Shown in pieces: positions 52,973 through 63,181 of a stretch of 64,000 nt of DNA. Location of the stretch: positions 3,872,001 to 3,936,000 of the forward strand of contig OZ244653.1 in the NCBI GenBank assembly GCA_965218795.1. Direction: 5' to 3'. Numbering within the stretch: position 1 is the first letter of the stretch; each line of letters begins with the position of its first letter. The notes under the pieces are model-generated. The model did not search any database. It was not told the DNA's origin and worked only from the letters and a program-made list of their open reading frames with translations. Both the position numbers and the translations under genes were made by a program. This DNA is from a bacterium. GTDB taxonomy: Bacteria; UBA8248; JACPRG01; G963555815.

Positions 52973-53470
52973 CGGTATTTTTCAACCCAATGTGAAAATC
53001 TCCGATCCGGAAATTTCAGCGGAGGGCGAGCAGAGCTTGTTACCCCCGCGAAACATGCCCCCGAAGGTCTGAATCGGGGGGCGGGGGTCCACTGCGAAGT
53101 TGCACACAGGCCCCCGGCCCCTCTCCCGCCGGCCGGCACGGTGGCTCTCCAAGTAGCGCAGGACGCGAAGTTGCATACAGACCTCCAGTCCCTCTCTCGA
53201 TGCGCCCCTTTGTCCGGCCTGCCCCCATTTGGACTTGTTTACCCCATCATTCCTTTCCATATTTGTCACAACAACCGAGGGGCTCGAACATGGCGGACAA
53301 CGATCCACCCGGACCAAGCGGTTGAAAGAGATGAAGCGTGAGCAGCCTGGACGTGGGTAGGGGTTCGGTCGAGGAGTCGGGGATGATTTTGAAGAGTATG
53401 CCGCGTTTCTGGAACTCGACGTTACCCGAGAAGAAAGCAAGTGCCTGCACCCGTCGGGCTAGGCGTCGGC

Positions 53471-56311
53471 ATGACTGATACACCCGAGCAGAGAGCACGG
53501 TCCGACATCGATGCAAGCCTGAAGGCGGCCGGCTGGTCCGTGCAGAGCCGCGATGCGCTCGATCTCGCCGCCGGCCGCGGCATTGCGGTGCGCGAATTTC
53601 CGATGAAACCGGGTTTCGGCTTCGCCGACTACCTCCTTTACGTTGACCGCAGGGCCGTGGGCGCCATCGAAGCCAAGCCCGGGGGCACGCTTTCCGGCGT
53701 GGAGGAGCAGTCGGCGAAGTATGCGGCCGGTTTGCCGGACAACCTGCCCGCTCACCACCGTCCGCTGTCGTTCCTGTTCGAATCCAACGGCTCGGTGACC
53801 TATTTCACCAACGGGCTCGACCCGGTTCCGCGCAGTCGGCGGGTGTTCAATTTTTCCAGGCCCGAGACGCTGGCGGAGTGGGCTGCCCAACCGGCGCAAC
53901 TGCGCGCCAGGCTGAAGGAACTGCCGCGGCTGGATGAAACGGGCCTCTGGAACGTACAGACACGCGCCATTCGAAATCTGGAAGCGTCCTTCGCCAACGA
54001 CAATCCGCGCGCACTGGTCCAGATGGCGACGGGCTCCGGCAAGACCTTCACCGCCGTCAACGTCGCCTACCGCCTGCTGAAACACGCGGGAGCGAAACGC
54101 ATCTTGTTCCTGGTGGACCGAAGCAACCTCGGCAGGCAAACCTGGGATGAGTTCGCCAATTTCGAGCCGCCCGACGACCCGCGCAAGTTCCCCGATCTCT
54201 ATACCGTACGGCGGCTCGACACGAACGCCGTCAACCCCGCGGCCAAGGTGGTCATCACCACCATCCAGCGCCTCTACTCGATGCTCAAGGGCGAGGCCGA
54301 GTTCGATGCCGGCAACGAAGAGGGCTCGGGCTTCGATTCCGCGAAGCCGTGGCAGGGGGGGGCGCCGGATGTGGTGTACAACGATCATATCCCACCCGAA
54401 TTCTTCGATTTCATCATCGTCGATGAGTGCCACCGCTCCATCTACGACCTTTGGAGCCAGGTGCTGCTCTATTTCGATTCCTTCCTGATCGGCCTCACCG
54501 CGACCCCTGCCGGCAAAACGATCGGCTTCTTCAACCAGAACCTCGTCATGCAGTACGGCCACGACGAAGCAGTGGTCGATGGCGTGAACGTGGACTTCGA
54601 CGTCTATCGCGTACGAACGAAGGTCACCGAACAGGGGGCGACCATCGAGGCCGACGACACCGGGGTCTTTGTGGACAAACGCGACAAGCTGACGCGCGCG
54701 GAGCGGCTGGAGCTGCTCACCCGGGACCTTACCTACACCGCCAACCAGCTCGATCGCGATGTCGTGTCGGAAAGCCAGATCCGCACCGTCCTTCAGCAGT
54801 TTCGCGACAAGGTTCTGCCGGACGCGTTTCCCGGTCGCGGCGAAGCACCGAAAACTCTGATTTTCGCCAAGGACGACTCCCACGCGGACGATATCGTCCG
54901 CATCGCGCGAGAGGTGTTCGCCGAAGGCAACGATTTCTGCCAGAAGATCACCTATCGCACCGGCTTCACGAAAATCACGAAGACCGTCACGGACGACGAC
55001 GGAACCGAGACCGAGGCCGTCGAATGGAAACGGACCTCCAGTCTCGCTCCGGACGAGATCCTCGCCAATTTCCGCAACGGTTATTTCCCCCGTATTGCCG
55101 TCACCGTGGACATGATCTCCACCGGAACCGACGTGAAGCCGATCGAGTGCGTGTTCTTCATGCGCAACGTGAGATCCGCCGGCTTTTTCGAACAGATGAA
55201 AGGGCGCGGCGTCCGCGTCATGTCGCCCGACAAGCTGCGCGCCGTGACCCCCAGCGCCAAGGTGAAGGACCGGTTCATCATTGTGGACGCGGTCGGGGTG
55301 TGCGAGCAGGACAAGACCGACTCGCAGACGCTCAATCGCCAGCCCTCGAAGACCCTGCAGCAGGTGCTCGAATACGTCGCCCAGGGCGGTACCGACCCCG
55401 AGGCGCTGACCACGCTGGCCGGTCGGCTTGCCCGGCTGCAGCGGGAATTCACCCCAGCCCAGCTTGCCGAACTCGAAGACCTCGCAGGCGGGAAGTCGTT
55501 CCCGGACCTTGCGCACGGCCTTCTGAGCGCGTGCGACGCCGATGCCCGGATTGAAGCCGCGAAACAGGGGTTCGATACCGAGCGCCCGACCGAAGATCAA
55601 GTTCGGCAGTCGGCCGTCAGCCTCACCGAATCCGCCGTCACGCCGTTCCTGAAGGCGGCCCTCCGCCGCCGGATCCTGGAAATCCGACAGCGGAACGAGC
55701 AGACAATCGACCGCCATACCCTTGACGACGTACTCTATTCGGGTTTCGACGCCTCGGCCGTAGACAAGGCGCGGAGCAGGATACGCGACTTCCGTACCTG
55801 GATCGCCGAGCACAGGGATGAGCTCACCGCTCTGCAGATGCTGTATGCGGGTACGCGGCCGCTGAAACTCTCCCTCGGAGACCTTCGCCGGCTGAAGGAC
55901 GCGCTCGCTCTCCCGCCGATAGCGGCGACGCCCGCTCAGCTGTGGCGCGCCTTCGAGGCCGTGGAGCCTCGGACGGTCAACGGAAGCGGCGGTGACCAGC
56001 TGACGGATTTGGTGAACCTCGTTCGGCATGCACTGCTCCCGACTTCCACGCTCGTGCCGTATCGGAGCGAGGTGCGCGGACGGTATGAGGCCTGGCTCCG
56101 GGAGCGCGGAGCGGATACGGCCTTTTCGCCGGAGCAGCGGGAGTGGCTGGACCGCATGGCCGAGCACATCGCCACCAGCCTCGCCATCGAACCGGCGGAT
56201 TTCGAGACCGGCTGGTTCGGACAGCAGGGGAGCCTGGGCAGGGCGCACGCGTTGTTCGGCAATCAACTGCAACTGCTGATGGCGGAGCTCAATGAGAGGC
56301 TGGCAGCGTGA
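53471..56311 (+). CDS. hsdR: Type I restriction endonuclease subunit R (EcoEI-like)
   Basis: ADYLL..IEAK nuclease; MATGSGKT, DECHRS, GLTATP, QMKGRG helicase motifs. Confidence 0.93.
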   Translation: MTDTPEQRARSDIDASLKAAGWSVQSRDALDLAAGRGIAVREFPMKPGFGFADYLLYVDRRAVGAIEAKPGGTLSGVEEQSAKYAAGLPDNLPAHHRPLSFLFESNGSVTYFTNGLDPVPRSRRVFNFSRPETLAEWAAQPAQLRARLKELPRLDETGLWNVQTRAIRNLEASFANDNPRALVQMATGSGKTFTAVNVAYRLLKHAGAKRILFLVDRSNLGRQTWDEFANFEPPDDPRKFPDLYTVRRLDTNAVNPAAKVVITTIQRLYSMLKGEAEFDAGNEEGSGFDSAKPWQGGAPDVVYNDHIPPEFFDFIIVDECHRSIYDLWSQVLLYFDSFLIGLTATPAGKTIGFFNQNLVMQYGHDEAVVDGVNVDFDVYRVRTKVTEQGATIEADDTGVFVDKRDKLTRAERLELLTRDLTYTANQLDRDVVSESQIRTVLQQFRDKVLPDAFPGRGEAPKTLIFAKDDSHADDIVRIAREVFAEGNDFCQKITYRTGFTKITKTVTDDDGTETEAVEWKRTSSLAPDEILANFRNGYFPRIAVTVDMISTGTDVKPIECVFFMRNVRSAGFFEQMKGRGVRVMSPDKLRAVTPSAKVKDRFIIVDAVGVCEQDKTDSQTLNRQPSKTLQQVLEYVAQGGTDPEALTTLAGRLARLQREFTPAQLAELEDLAGGKSFPDLAHGLLSACDADARIEAAKQGFDTERPTEDQVRQSAVSLTESAVTPFLKAALRRRILEIRQRNEQTIDRHTLDDVLYSGFDASAVDKARSRIRDFRTWIAEHRDELTALQMLYAGTRPLKLSLGDLRRLKDALALPPIAATPAQLWRAFEAVEPRTVNGSGGDQLTDLVNLVRHALLPTSTLVPYRSEVRGRYEAWLRERGADTAFSPEQREWLDRMAEHIATSLAIEPADFETGWFGQQGSLGRAHALFGNQLQLLMAELNERLAA

Positions 56312-57855
56312 GTCAAGCGAACGAACAGCGATTGCCGCTCGGGTGGACCACGGCGCAACTTTCCGATGTCGCTATGGTCGTGATGGGGCAATCACCCCCA
56401 TCTTCAACCTACAACAAAAGCGGTACTGGGCTACCCTTTTTGCAAGGAAAGGCTGACTTCGGTGCAATCTATCCGCGCGTAAGGGTGTGGTGCGTTCGGC
56501 CAAACAAGATCGCGGATGCCGACGATATTCTCTTGTCCGTTCGTGCGCCTGTCGGGCCTACAAACCTTGCACCGGTTCAGTGTTGCATCGGGCGTGGCCT
56601 TGCAGCCGTCCGGCCTGAAGCGGGGCTGACATTGAAATACCTGCTGCATGCCTTCCGTCGCTTTGCCGATGATCTGGATGCCAAGGGAACCGGAACAACC
56701 TTCAAAGCCGTATCTGGAAAAGTTGTCAGGGAATTCTCCATTCCCATTCCACCCCAAGCCGAGCAAAACCGCATCGCTAATGCCCTCGACGAACTGTTCT
56801 CCGACCTCGATGCGGGCGTTGCGGCTCTGGAGAGGGTACGGCACAAGCTGAAGCTCTATCGAGCCTCGGTTCTCAAGGCTGCGGTGGAAGGCGCGCTCAC
56901 CGCGGACTGGCGCGAAGAACACCCGGACGCCGAACCCGCCGGCGAACTGCTGAAGCGCATCCTCGTGGAACGCCGCCGCTGGGAGGAGGATCAGCTCCGC
57001 AAGTTCGCGGAAAAAGGCAAAACCCCGCCCAGGAACTGGAAGGCGAAGTACAAGGAGCCGTTCGCGCCCGAAACCGCCGACCTGCCGCAACTGCCGGAGG
57101 GATGGTGCTGGGCGACTTTCGCCGCGCTCGCTGATCAGAGACTAGGTAAAATGCTTGATAAATCGAAAAACTCTGGGCCTCTTAGACCCTATTTGCGCAA
57201 TCTAAATACTCGATGGTTCGGCTTCGATTTGAATGACTTGGCTGAAATGCATATACGCGACGAAGAATTTCCTAATGTCTCGGTGCGCTTCGGCGATTTA
57301 GTCGTTTGTGAAGGAGGTGAGCCGGGGCGGTGCGCCGTGTGGAGTCGCGAAAACGAGACAATTGCCATTCAGAAGGCTCTACATCGAGTGCGCCCAAGCC
57401 TCGGAGTATCTAGCCATTATCTATCGTTTGTTTTAGCCGCGGACGCACATAGCGGACGGTTGCAAAAAGCATTTACGGGAACAGGCATCAATCATCTGAC
57501 GGGTGAATCTCTTGGTTCCTACTCCGTTCCTCTTCCCTCAAGCCGGGAGCAACAACAAATTGTCGAAGCGGTCGAGGAACAGCTTGCCATCATTGATCAT
57601 CTCGAAGCCGACCTCGACGCGAAGCTGAAGACCGCCCAGGGCCTGCGGCAGGGAATTCTTCGCCACGCATTCACCGGAAAGCTCGTGCCGCAGGACCCGA
57701 GCGACGAGCCGGCCTCGGAATTGCTGAAACGCATCGCCGCCGAGCGCGAAGCCCGTGCGCGGGAAGCCGCCGCAAAGCGAGCGGGGAGGAACGCCACCGG
57801 CGGTCAAACGAGCCGGAGGCATCGCGCCAGGCTTCGCAAGGAGAAGGTCGATTGA
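56308..57855 (+). CDS. hsdS: Type I R-M specificity subunit
   Basis: LPLGW / LPEGW, IPIPPQAEQNRI and VPLPSSREQQQIV conserved regions around two low-GC TRDs. Confidence 0.93.
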   Translation: MSQANEQRLPLGWTTAQLSDVAMVVMGQSPPSSTYNKSGTGLPFLQGKADFGAIYPRVRVWCVRPNKIADADDILLSVRAPVGPTNLAPVQCCIGRGLAAVRPEAGLTLKYLLHAFRRFADDLDAKGTGTTFKAVSGKVVREFSIPIPPQAEQNRIANALDELFSDLDAGVAALERVRHKLKLYRASVLKAAVEGALTADWREEHPDAEPAGELLKRILVERRRWEEDQLRKFAEKGKTPPRNWKAKYKEPFAPETADLPQLPEGWCWATFAALADQRLGKMLDKSKNSGPLRPYLRNLNTRWFGFDLNDLAEMHIRDEEFPNVSVRFGDLVVCEGGEPGRCAVWSRENETIAIQKALHRVRPSLGVSSHYLSFVLAADAHSGRLQKAFTGTGINHLTGESLGSYSVPLPSSREQQQIVEAVEEQLAIIDHLEADLDAKLKTAQGLRQGILRHAFTGKLVPQDPSDEPASELLKRIAAEREARAREAAAKRAGRNATGGQTSRRHRARLRKEKVD

Positions 57856-58715
57856 TTGCCGAGAACAAGCAATACGAGGTAGCACTGTCCTTCGCCGGCG
57901 AGGAGCGTGCATATGTCGAGAAGGTGGCGAGAGCGCTTCAGAGCCGAGGAATCGCTGTATTCTACGACGACTTCGAGCAGGTCGGGATCTGGGGAAAAGA
58001 TCTCGTCGAAGAATTGCAGGAAGTATTCGAGCATGGGGCTTCTCTCGCCGTGATGTTCATATCAAAGGAGTACGTCGAAAAGGCTTGGCCGCGACACGAA
58101 AAGCGATCGATCCTGAGTCGCGCAGTCCAGGAGAAATCCGGGTATTTTCTGCCAGTACGCTTTGACGACGCACCTGTTCCCGGCTTGCCGGATTCAATCA
58201 AGTACGAACGAGCCGAGGATCACACGCCACAGGAACTTGCGTCCATGATCGCCGAGAAGCTCGGGATCAAGCCTTTTGCTGGCAAGGCTTCGGACGTGCC
58301 GCCCCCGCGAATGACCTCTCCGACCGACGAGGTAGTGTTCGATTACAGTAGTCATAACGGCCGCTACCTCATCGGTCGCGGACAGCTGGTATTTGAAACG
58401 CGTTGGAGTAAGACGAGCGACACGAGCATCCATGTTCTTAACGATCCTCCCTCGATCAACGGCGTTGCGCTGGCCAGAGGTTGCACATCCATCGCGCAAG
58501 TTGTGAATGCTGAGTCGCTTGATTACACATCACGCGCCCGGACTCCCAAACGCGGGGAGATCGTCGTATTTCGGAACGTGAACGGCTTTTACGCCGCAGT
58601 GCACGTGCTTGATATCAAGGATGACAGCCGAAGTGACGACCGGGACGAACTCCGATTCCGATACGCCGTTCAGTCAAATGGATCCGACGGCTTCGCCGAG
58701 TTCAAGGATGTGTGA
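57852..58715 (+). CDS. TIR domain protein with uncharacterised beta-rich C-terminal domain
   Basis: YEVALSFAGEER..VFYD..WGKDL..FISKEY..WPRHE..LPVRFD; the start overlaps the hsdS stop. Confidence 0.88.
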   Translation: MIAENKQYEVALSFAGEERAYVEKVARALQSRGIAVFYDDFEQVGIWGKDLVEELQEVFEHGASLAVMFISKEYVEKAWPRHEKRSILSRAVQEKSGYFLPVRFDDAPVPGLPDSIKYERAEDHTPQELASMIAEKLGIKPFAGKASDVPPPRMTSPTDEVVFDYSSHNGRYLIGRGQLVFETRWSKTSDTSIHVLNDPPSINGVALARGCTSIAQVVNAESLDYTSRARTPKRGEIVVFRNVNGFYAAVHVLDIKDDSRSDDRDELRFRYAVQSNGSDGFAEFKDV

Positions 58716-58775
58716 GGTTCCGACCCTTATTCCCAATCGCTCCTGGTTATCCCCGAACTCGGACGAGATGAACTG

Positions 58776-60275
58776 ATGGACGCATCGCAGATCGGCAAGC
58801 GGGCGTGGAGCTATGCGGGCGTTTTGCGCGACGCGGGACTCTCATGCTTCGAATACGTGGAGCAGTTGACCCTGCTGCTGTTCCTCAAGATGGCGGATCA
58901 GCTGACAGAGCCTCCCTACGAACGAGAGCCCATCGTGCCGCCGGAACTTGGCTGGAAGGCTCTCCTGCCGCTTGACGGGGCAGCGTTGGAAGACCAGTAC
59001 CGCGCCAGCCTCGAAAAGCTCGGGTTCGAGCCCGGTATGCTCGGCGTCGTCTTCAAGGGGGCGCGCTGCGAGATCCACAATCCGGCGCTGTTGAAACAGC
59101 TCATCGTCAACCTCCTCGACCAGGTGGACTGGCTCTCGCTACCCGTGGACGTGAAGGGCACCATCTATGAGGAGCTCCTGGCCCGCTCGGCGCAGGAGTC
59201 CGCACGCGGCGCGGGCCAGTATTTCACCCCTCGACCGGTGATCCAGGCGATGTGCGAGGTCACGCAGCCGACGCCGGACGACCGCATCAGCGATCCGGCT
59301 GCGGGCACCGGCGGTTTTCTCTGCAACGCCTATCAGTACGTGCTCGACCGCTGCGGCGAAGACCTCGACAGCGACGAAAAGCGCGCGTTGCAGGAGGAGC
59401 TTGTCGAGGGCATGGAGCTTTCGCCCAAGGTCGGCCGCATGTGCGCGATGAACGTCTATCTGCACAACATCGGCGGCGACAGGGTGGTCGTCCATTCCGG
59501 ACACGACAGCCTCTCCGCGCCCTGGAATCGCGAATACTCGATGGTCCTTACCAATCCCCCGTTCGGCAAGAAGCAGAGCCTCCTGTTCGTCAATGAGGAG
59601 GGAGAGACCGAGAAGGATGACCAGATCATCGTGCGCGAGGATTTCTGGACCTCGACCGGCAACAAGCAGCTCAACTTCGTCCAGCACATCTATACGCTTT
59701 TGAAGATCGACGGCCGCGCGGCGGTCGTGGTGCCGGACAACGTACTGTTCGAAGGGGGCGCGGGCGAAAAGGTCCGCCGCAACCTGCTGGAGAAATGCCG
59801 CGTCCACACCCTGCTGCGGCTGCCGACGGGTATCTGGTACTCGCCGGGCGTCAAGGCCAACCTGATCTTCTTCGAAAAGAAAGAGGGTCGAGCCGAAGCG
59901 TGGACCGACAGGCTTTGGGTCTACGATCTGCGCACCAACATGCACTTCACGCTCAAGCAGAAGCCGATCCGTCGCGGGGACTTCGACGAGTTCGTCGAGT
60001 GCTACAGACCCGGCCGGATGCACGAACGCGAGGCTACGTGGAGCGAGGACAATCCCGAGGGCCGCTGGCGGTCTTATGACTACGACGACCTGCTGAAGCG
60101 CGACAAGCTGAACCTCGACCTCTTCTGGATCAGGGACAAGAGCCTGACCGACACGGACTCGCTGCCCCCGCCGGACATCATCGCCGCGGAGATCGCCGAC
60201 GATCTCGAAGCCGCGCTGGAACAATTCACCAAGATCGCAGCGCGCCTCGGGCAGAGGGGCGCCACGAACGGGTGA
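58776..60275 (+). CDS. hsdM: Type I R-M methyltransferase subunit
   Basis: YVEQLTLLLFLKM, GQYFTPR, DPAAGTGGF, TNPPFG. Confidence 0.95.
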   Translation: MDASQIGKRAWSYAGVLRDAGLSCFEYVEQLTLLLFLKMADQLTEPPYEREPIVPPELGWKALLPLDGAALEDQYRASLEKLGFEPGMLGVVFKGARCEIHNPALLKQLIVNLLDQVDWLSLPVDVKGTIYEELLARSAQESARGAGQYFTPRPVIQAMCEVTQPTPDDRISDPAAGTGGFLCNAYQYVLDRCGEDLDSDEKRALQEELVEGMELSPKVGRMCAMNVYLHNIGGDRVVVHSGHDSLSAPWNREYSMVLTNPPFGKKQSLLFVNEEGETEKDDQIIVREDFWTSTGNKQLNFVQHIYTLLKIDGRAAVVVPDNVLFEGGAGEKVRRNLLEKCRVHTLLRLPTGIWYSPGVKANLIFFEKKEGRAEAWTDRLWVYDLRTNMHFTLKQKPIRRGDFDEFVECYRPGRMHEREATWSEDNPEGRWRSYDYDDLLKRDKLNLDLFWIRDKSLTDTDSLPPPDIIAAEIADDLEAALEQFTKIAARLGQRGATNG

Positions 60276-60335
60276 TTTGAAGCCTCCCATGACACCCTCC
60301 TTTCAGACCCAAAGAGCACGGAAAGAAGGTTGAGA

Positions 60336-60600
60336 TGACAAACGAGGCCTGGTCCTGAAACCTGGATTCCCGCTTGCGCGGGAATGACAAAGCCGGGGGC
60401 ATGGCCTACGCTGTATGCGAGCCGGGGACCTGGAAGGGAAGAACGAGCAGGGGCGAGGTTCCGGGATGCCCGCATCGAGATTCACGGAGTATCAAGCGGA
60501 GATTCAGGGCTCGTCGCCGGACTGTCATTTCCCTGGATTCCCGCTTACGCGGGAATGACGGGTGGGTGGGGTGCGTGACTCTATTCGGTCATTCCTGCAA
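60336..60600. repeat. REP/dRS3-like palindrome cluster
   Basis: CTGGATTCCCGCTTGCGCGGGAATGAC (~60362) and CTGGATTCCCGCTTACGCGGGAATGAC (~60534). Confidence 0.7.
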
Positions 60601-60880
60601 GCCTGCCCGGAGCGCTTCCGGCAGGGGGGCAGGCATCCAGGCGGCATAGGGGAGATTTCGAGGGAAAGAGACGGGTTGAGGGCCTGGTCCCCAATGGCTT
60701 GCGTCTAGGGAGGGGGAGCCCATGTGTCAAAGCAGGGGAAACCCCATCCCTTGAGTACGTTCGCTTCGCTCAGCACGGCCTCCGTCGCCATGCCCTGAGG
60801 ACGAGTATCGAATCAGAAAAAAGGGGTACCGCGTTTCATCCGCGTCAAAATAACCCGCGGTCCCATGTCATGTTGACACC

Positions 60881-60909
60881 TTGACACGATCCCGGCGACA
60901 GGGTAACTT
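60881..60909 (+). promoter_or_regulatory. Putative sigma70 promoter of the rsb-like operon
   Basis: TTGACA-N17-TAACTT. Confidence 0.5.
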
Positions 60910-61143
60910 GAAGCGTCCGTTCGTCAGAACGATAAAAGGCTGTTGCATGAGCAACCAGCCCTCATCTGCCGGCGCGACCCGAGAGCAGTGAGTGCGGATT
61001 TCGTTCACCCGAGACTACGAAGCCCCCCCTCCGCGCGGTCTCATCGGCCCGGCGGAAACGGAGCGTTCGACCCACAGGATGTCAACGTCCGTTTCGCGCG
61101 AATAGAAGCGGAATCTTACGCCGAGCCTCAGGTGTGTTTGAAC

Positions 61144-61584
61144 GTGAATGCGAAGCAGACCCGGCTTTCTCTCACTCTTGGGACCGATCTGCCATCCGCG
61201 CTTGCGGCACTGGCAGAGGCCGTGGCTCGCTTTGGAGAGGCCAACCATCTGCCGGAAGATCAGGTCCACCGTCTGAGCCTCGCCCTGGATGAATTGGTAA
61301 CCAACAGTATACGACACGGCTTGGTGGAGGCCACTCGGCCGGAACTCCGGGTGGAATTGCGTATGGAAGCCCACGAAGTGGTCGTGCAGTTGGAGGACAA
61401 CGGGGTTCCCTTCGACCCGTTCGAAGAAGCCCCCGAGCCGGACATCCACGCATCGATCGAGGATCGCGAAATCGGCGGTCTCGGGGTTTTTCTGACCAAG
61501 ACCTTGTTCCCGAATCGAAACTACACACATGCGAATGGCTTCAATCTTATTACGTTGCGCGACCCCACGATAGGAGAGAGATGA
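61144..61584 (+). CDS. RsbW-like anti-sigma factor / Ser kinase (HATPase)
   Basis: LALDELVTNSIRHG, LEDNGVPFDP, GGLGVFL; start approximate. Confidence 0.85.
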   Translation: MNAKQTRLSLTLGTDLPSALAALAEAVARFGEANHLPEDQVHRLSLALDELVTNSIRHGLVEATRPELRVELRMEAHEVVVQLEDNGVPFDPFEEAPEPDIHASIEDREIGGLGVFLTKTLFPNRNYTHANGFNLITLRDPTIGER

Positions 61585-61937
61585 TGGGAAGTGGAGACAT
61601 TCTGTATCTCGATACGGAGATGAGCGGCGATACCTCTGTCATGGTTCCCTCAGGCCGTATCGACGGCAGCACCGCAAGCATGTTCCAGGAAGCGCTCCTC
61701 AAGCTGGTCGATGAGGGCGCCGGCCCGATCGTCGTCGACTTCGAGAAACTCGACTACATCAGCAGCGCGGGACTCCGGGCCCTGCTCCTGGTGGCCAAGC
61801 GGCTCCAGGCCGGCAGCAGAAAGCTCGCGCTTTGCGCCATGCGCGACCACATCTTCGAAGTGTTCAAGATCAGCGGCTTCAACGAGATCCTGGCGATTCA
61901 CTCGACCCGGCAGGATGCTATTGATGATATCCCCTGA
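61581..61937 (+). CDS. STAS anti-sigma factor antagonist (RsbV-like)
   Basis: GRIDG..VDFEKLDYISSAGLRALL..EVFKISGF. Confidence 0.9.
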   Translation: MMGSGDILYLDTEMSGDTSVMVPSGRIDGSTASMFQEALLKLVDEGAGPIVVDFEKLDYISSAGLRALLLVAKRLQAGSRKLALCAMRDHIFEVFKISGFNEILAIHSTRQDAIDDIP

Positions 61938-61950
61938 TACACAACAAGGC

Positions 61951-63180
61951 ATGGATGTAGATGATGTACAACAGGTTGTAGACGGGCATTCTCCATCGAG
62001 TGATGCGCCCATCAAGATCCTGGTCGTTGACGACGAGGAAGACCTCGAAGCCCTCGTATTGCAGAAGTTTCGCCGGCAGATCCGCAAGGGAGAGCTTGCC
62101 TTCAGTTTCGCGCACAACGGCAAGGAGGCGATCGCGAGGCTCGATGAGGATCCCGAGATCGCCATGGTTCTCTCGGACATCAACATGCCGGTCATGGACG
62201 GTCTCGCCCTGCTCAAGCAGCTCAGCGAGACGAAACCCGACGTCCGAGCGGTGATCGTGTCGGCGTACGGCGACATGGACAACATCCGCACCGCGATGAA
62301 TCGGGGGGCGTTCGACTTCGTCACCAAGCCCGTCGACTTCGGCGACCTGCAAATTACCATCGACAAGACGCTGAAACATCTCAAGCTCATGAAAGAAGCC
62401 CTGGCTTCGCGGGATCAATTGGTCGCCCTGAGCAGCGAGCTCGACATCGCCCGCCAGATGCAGGCCGCCGTACTGCCCGGCCGCTATTCTTCGACCGACC
62501 TTTACGAGTTCAGCGCCGTCATGGTCCCGGCGAAAGAGGTGGGCGGCGACTTCTATGATCTCGTCCCTTTGGACGAGAAAAGAATCGGCGTTGCGATCGG
62601 AGATGTGTCGGGAAAGGGCATTCCCGCCGCTCTGTTCATGATGGCCACCCGCACACTGCTTCGGAGCCGCGCCATGGGCGGCGACCCGCCCCGCCAATGC
62701 CTGCACAAAGTCAACGAATTGCTCTGCGAAGACAACGAGATGTGCATGTTCGTAACCCTTTTCTACGCCGTTCTCGACGTGGAGAACGGCGTTCTCCACT
62801 ACTGCAATGGAGGCCACAACCTGCCGCGGATCGTGCGCAGGGATGGGCGGGTCGAGGTTCTGCACGCGACGCGGAATGTTGCGCTCGGCGTGGTTCCCGG
62901 GTACGAGTTCCACGACGGCGAAATCGAACTTCAGGCTGACGATACGCTGTTCTTGTACACGGATGGCGTCAATGAAGCCGAGGGACCGAGCGCGGTCGAA
63001 TTCGGGGAGACGCGGCTCGACGAATTGCTGGCCCGCGTTGATGGAGGCGGGGCCGAGGGTATCACGTCACGGGTCCTCGACTCGGTGCAGGAGTTTACCC
63101 GGGGAATTCCGCAGTCAGATGACATTACCTGCGTGGCGCTGACGCGGCGCGGCAATTCGCACGGGGCCGTGGAGGCTTGA
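61951..63180 (+). CDS. Receiver-PP2C (SpoIIE/RsbU-like) phosphatase
   Basis: ILVVDDE..SDINMP..FVTKP; VGGDFYD, GDVSGKG, YTDGVNEA, DDIT. Confidence 0.92.
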   Translation: MDVDDVQQVVDGHSPSSDAPIKILVVDDEEDLEALVLQKFRRQIRKGELAFSFAHNGKEAIARLDEDPEIAMVLSDINMPVMDGLALLKQLSETKPDVRAVIVSAYGDMDNIRTAMNRGAFDFVTKPVDFGDLQITIDKTLKHLKLMKEALASRDQLVALSSELDIARQMQAAVLPGRYSSTDLYEFSAVMVPAKEVGGDFYDLVPLDEKRIGVAIGDVSGKGIPAALFMMATRTLLRSRAMGGDPPRQCLHKVNELLCEDNEMCMFVTLFYAVLDVENGVLHYCNGGHNLPRIVRRDGRVEVLHATRNVALGVVPGYEFHDGEIELQADDTLFLYTDGVNEAEGPSAVEFGETRLDELLARVDGGGAEGITSRVLDSVQEFTRGIPQSDDITCVALTRRGNSHGAVEA

Positions 63181-63181
63181 A

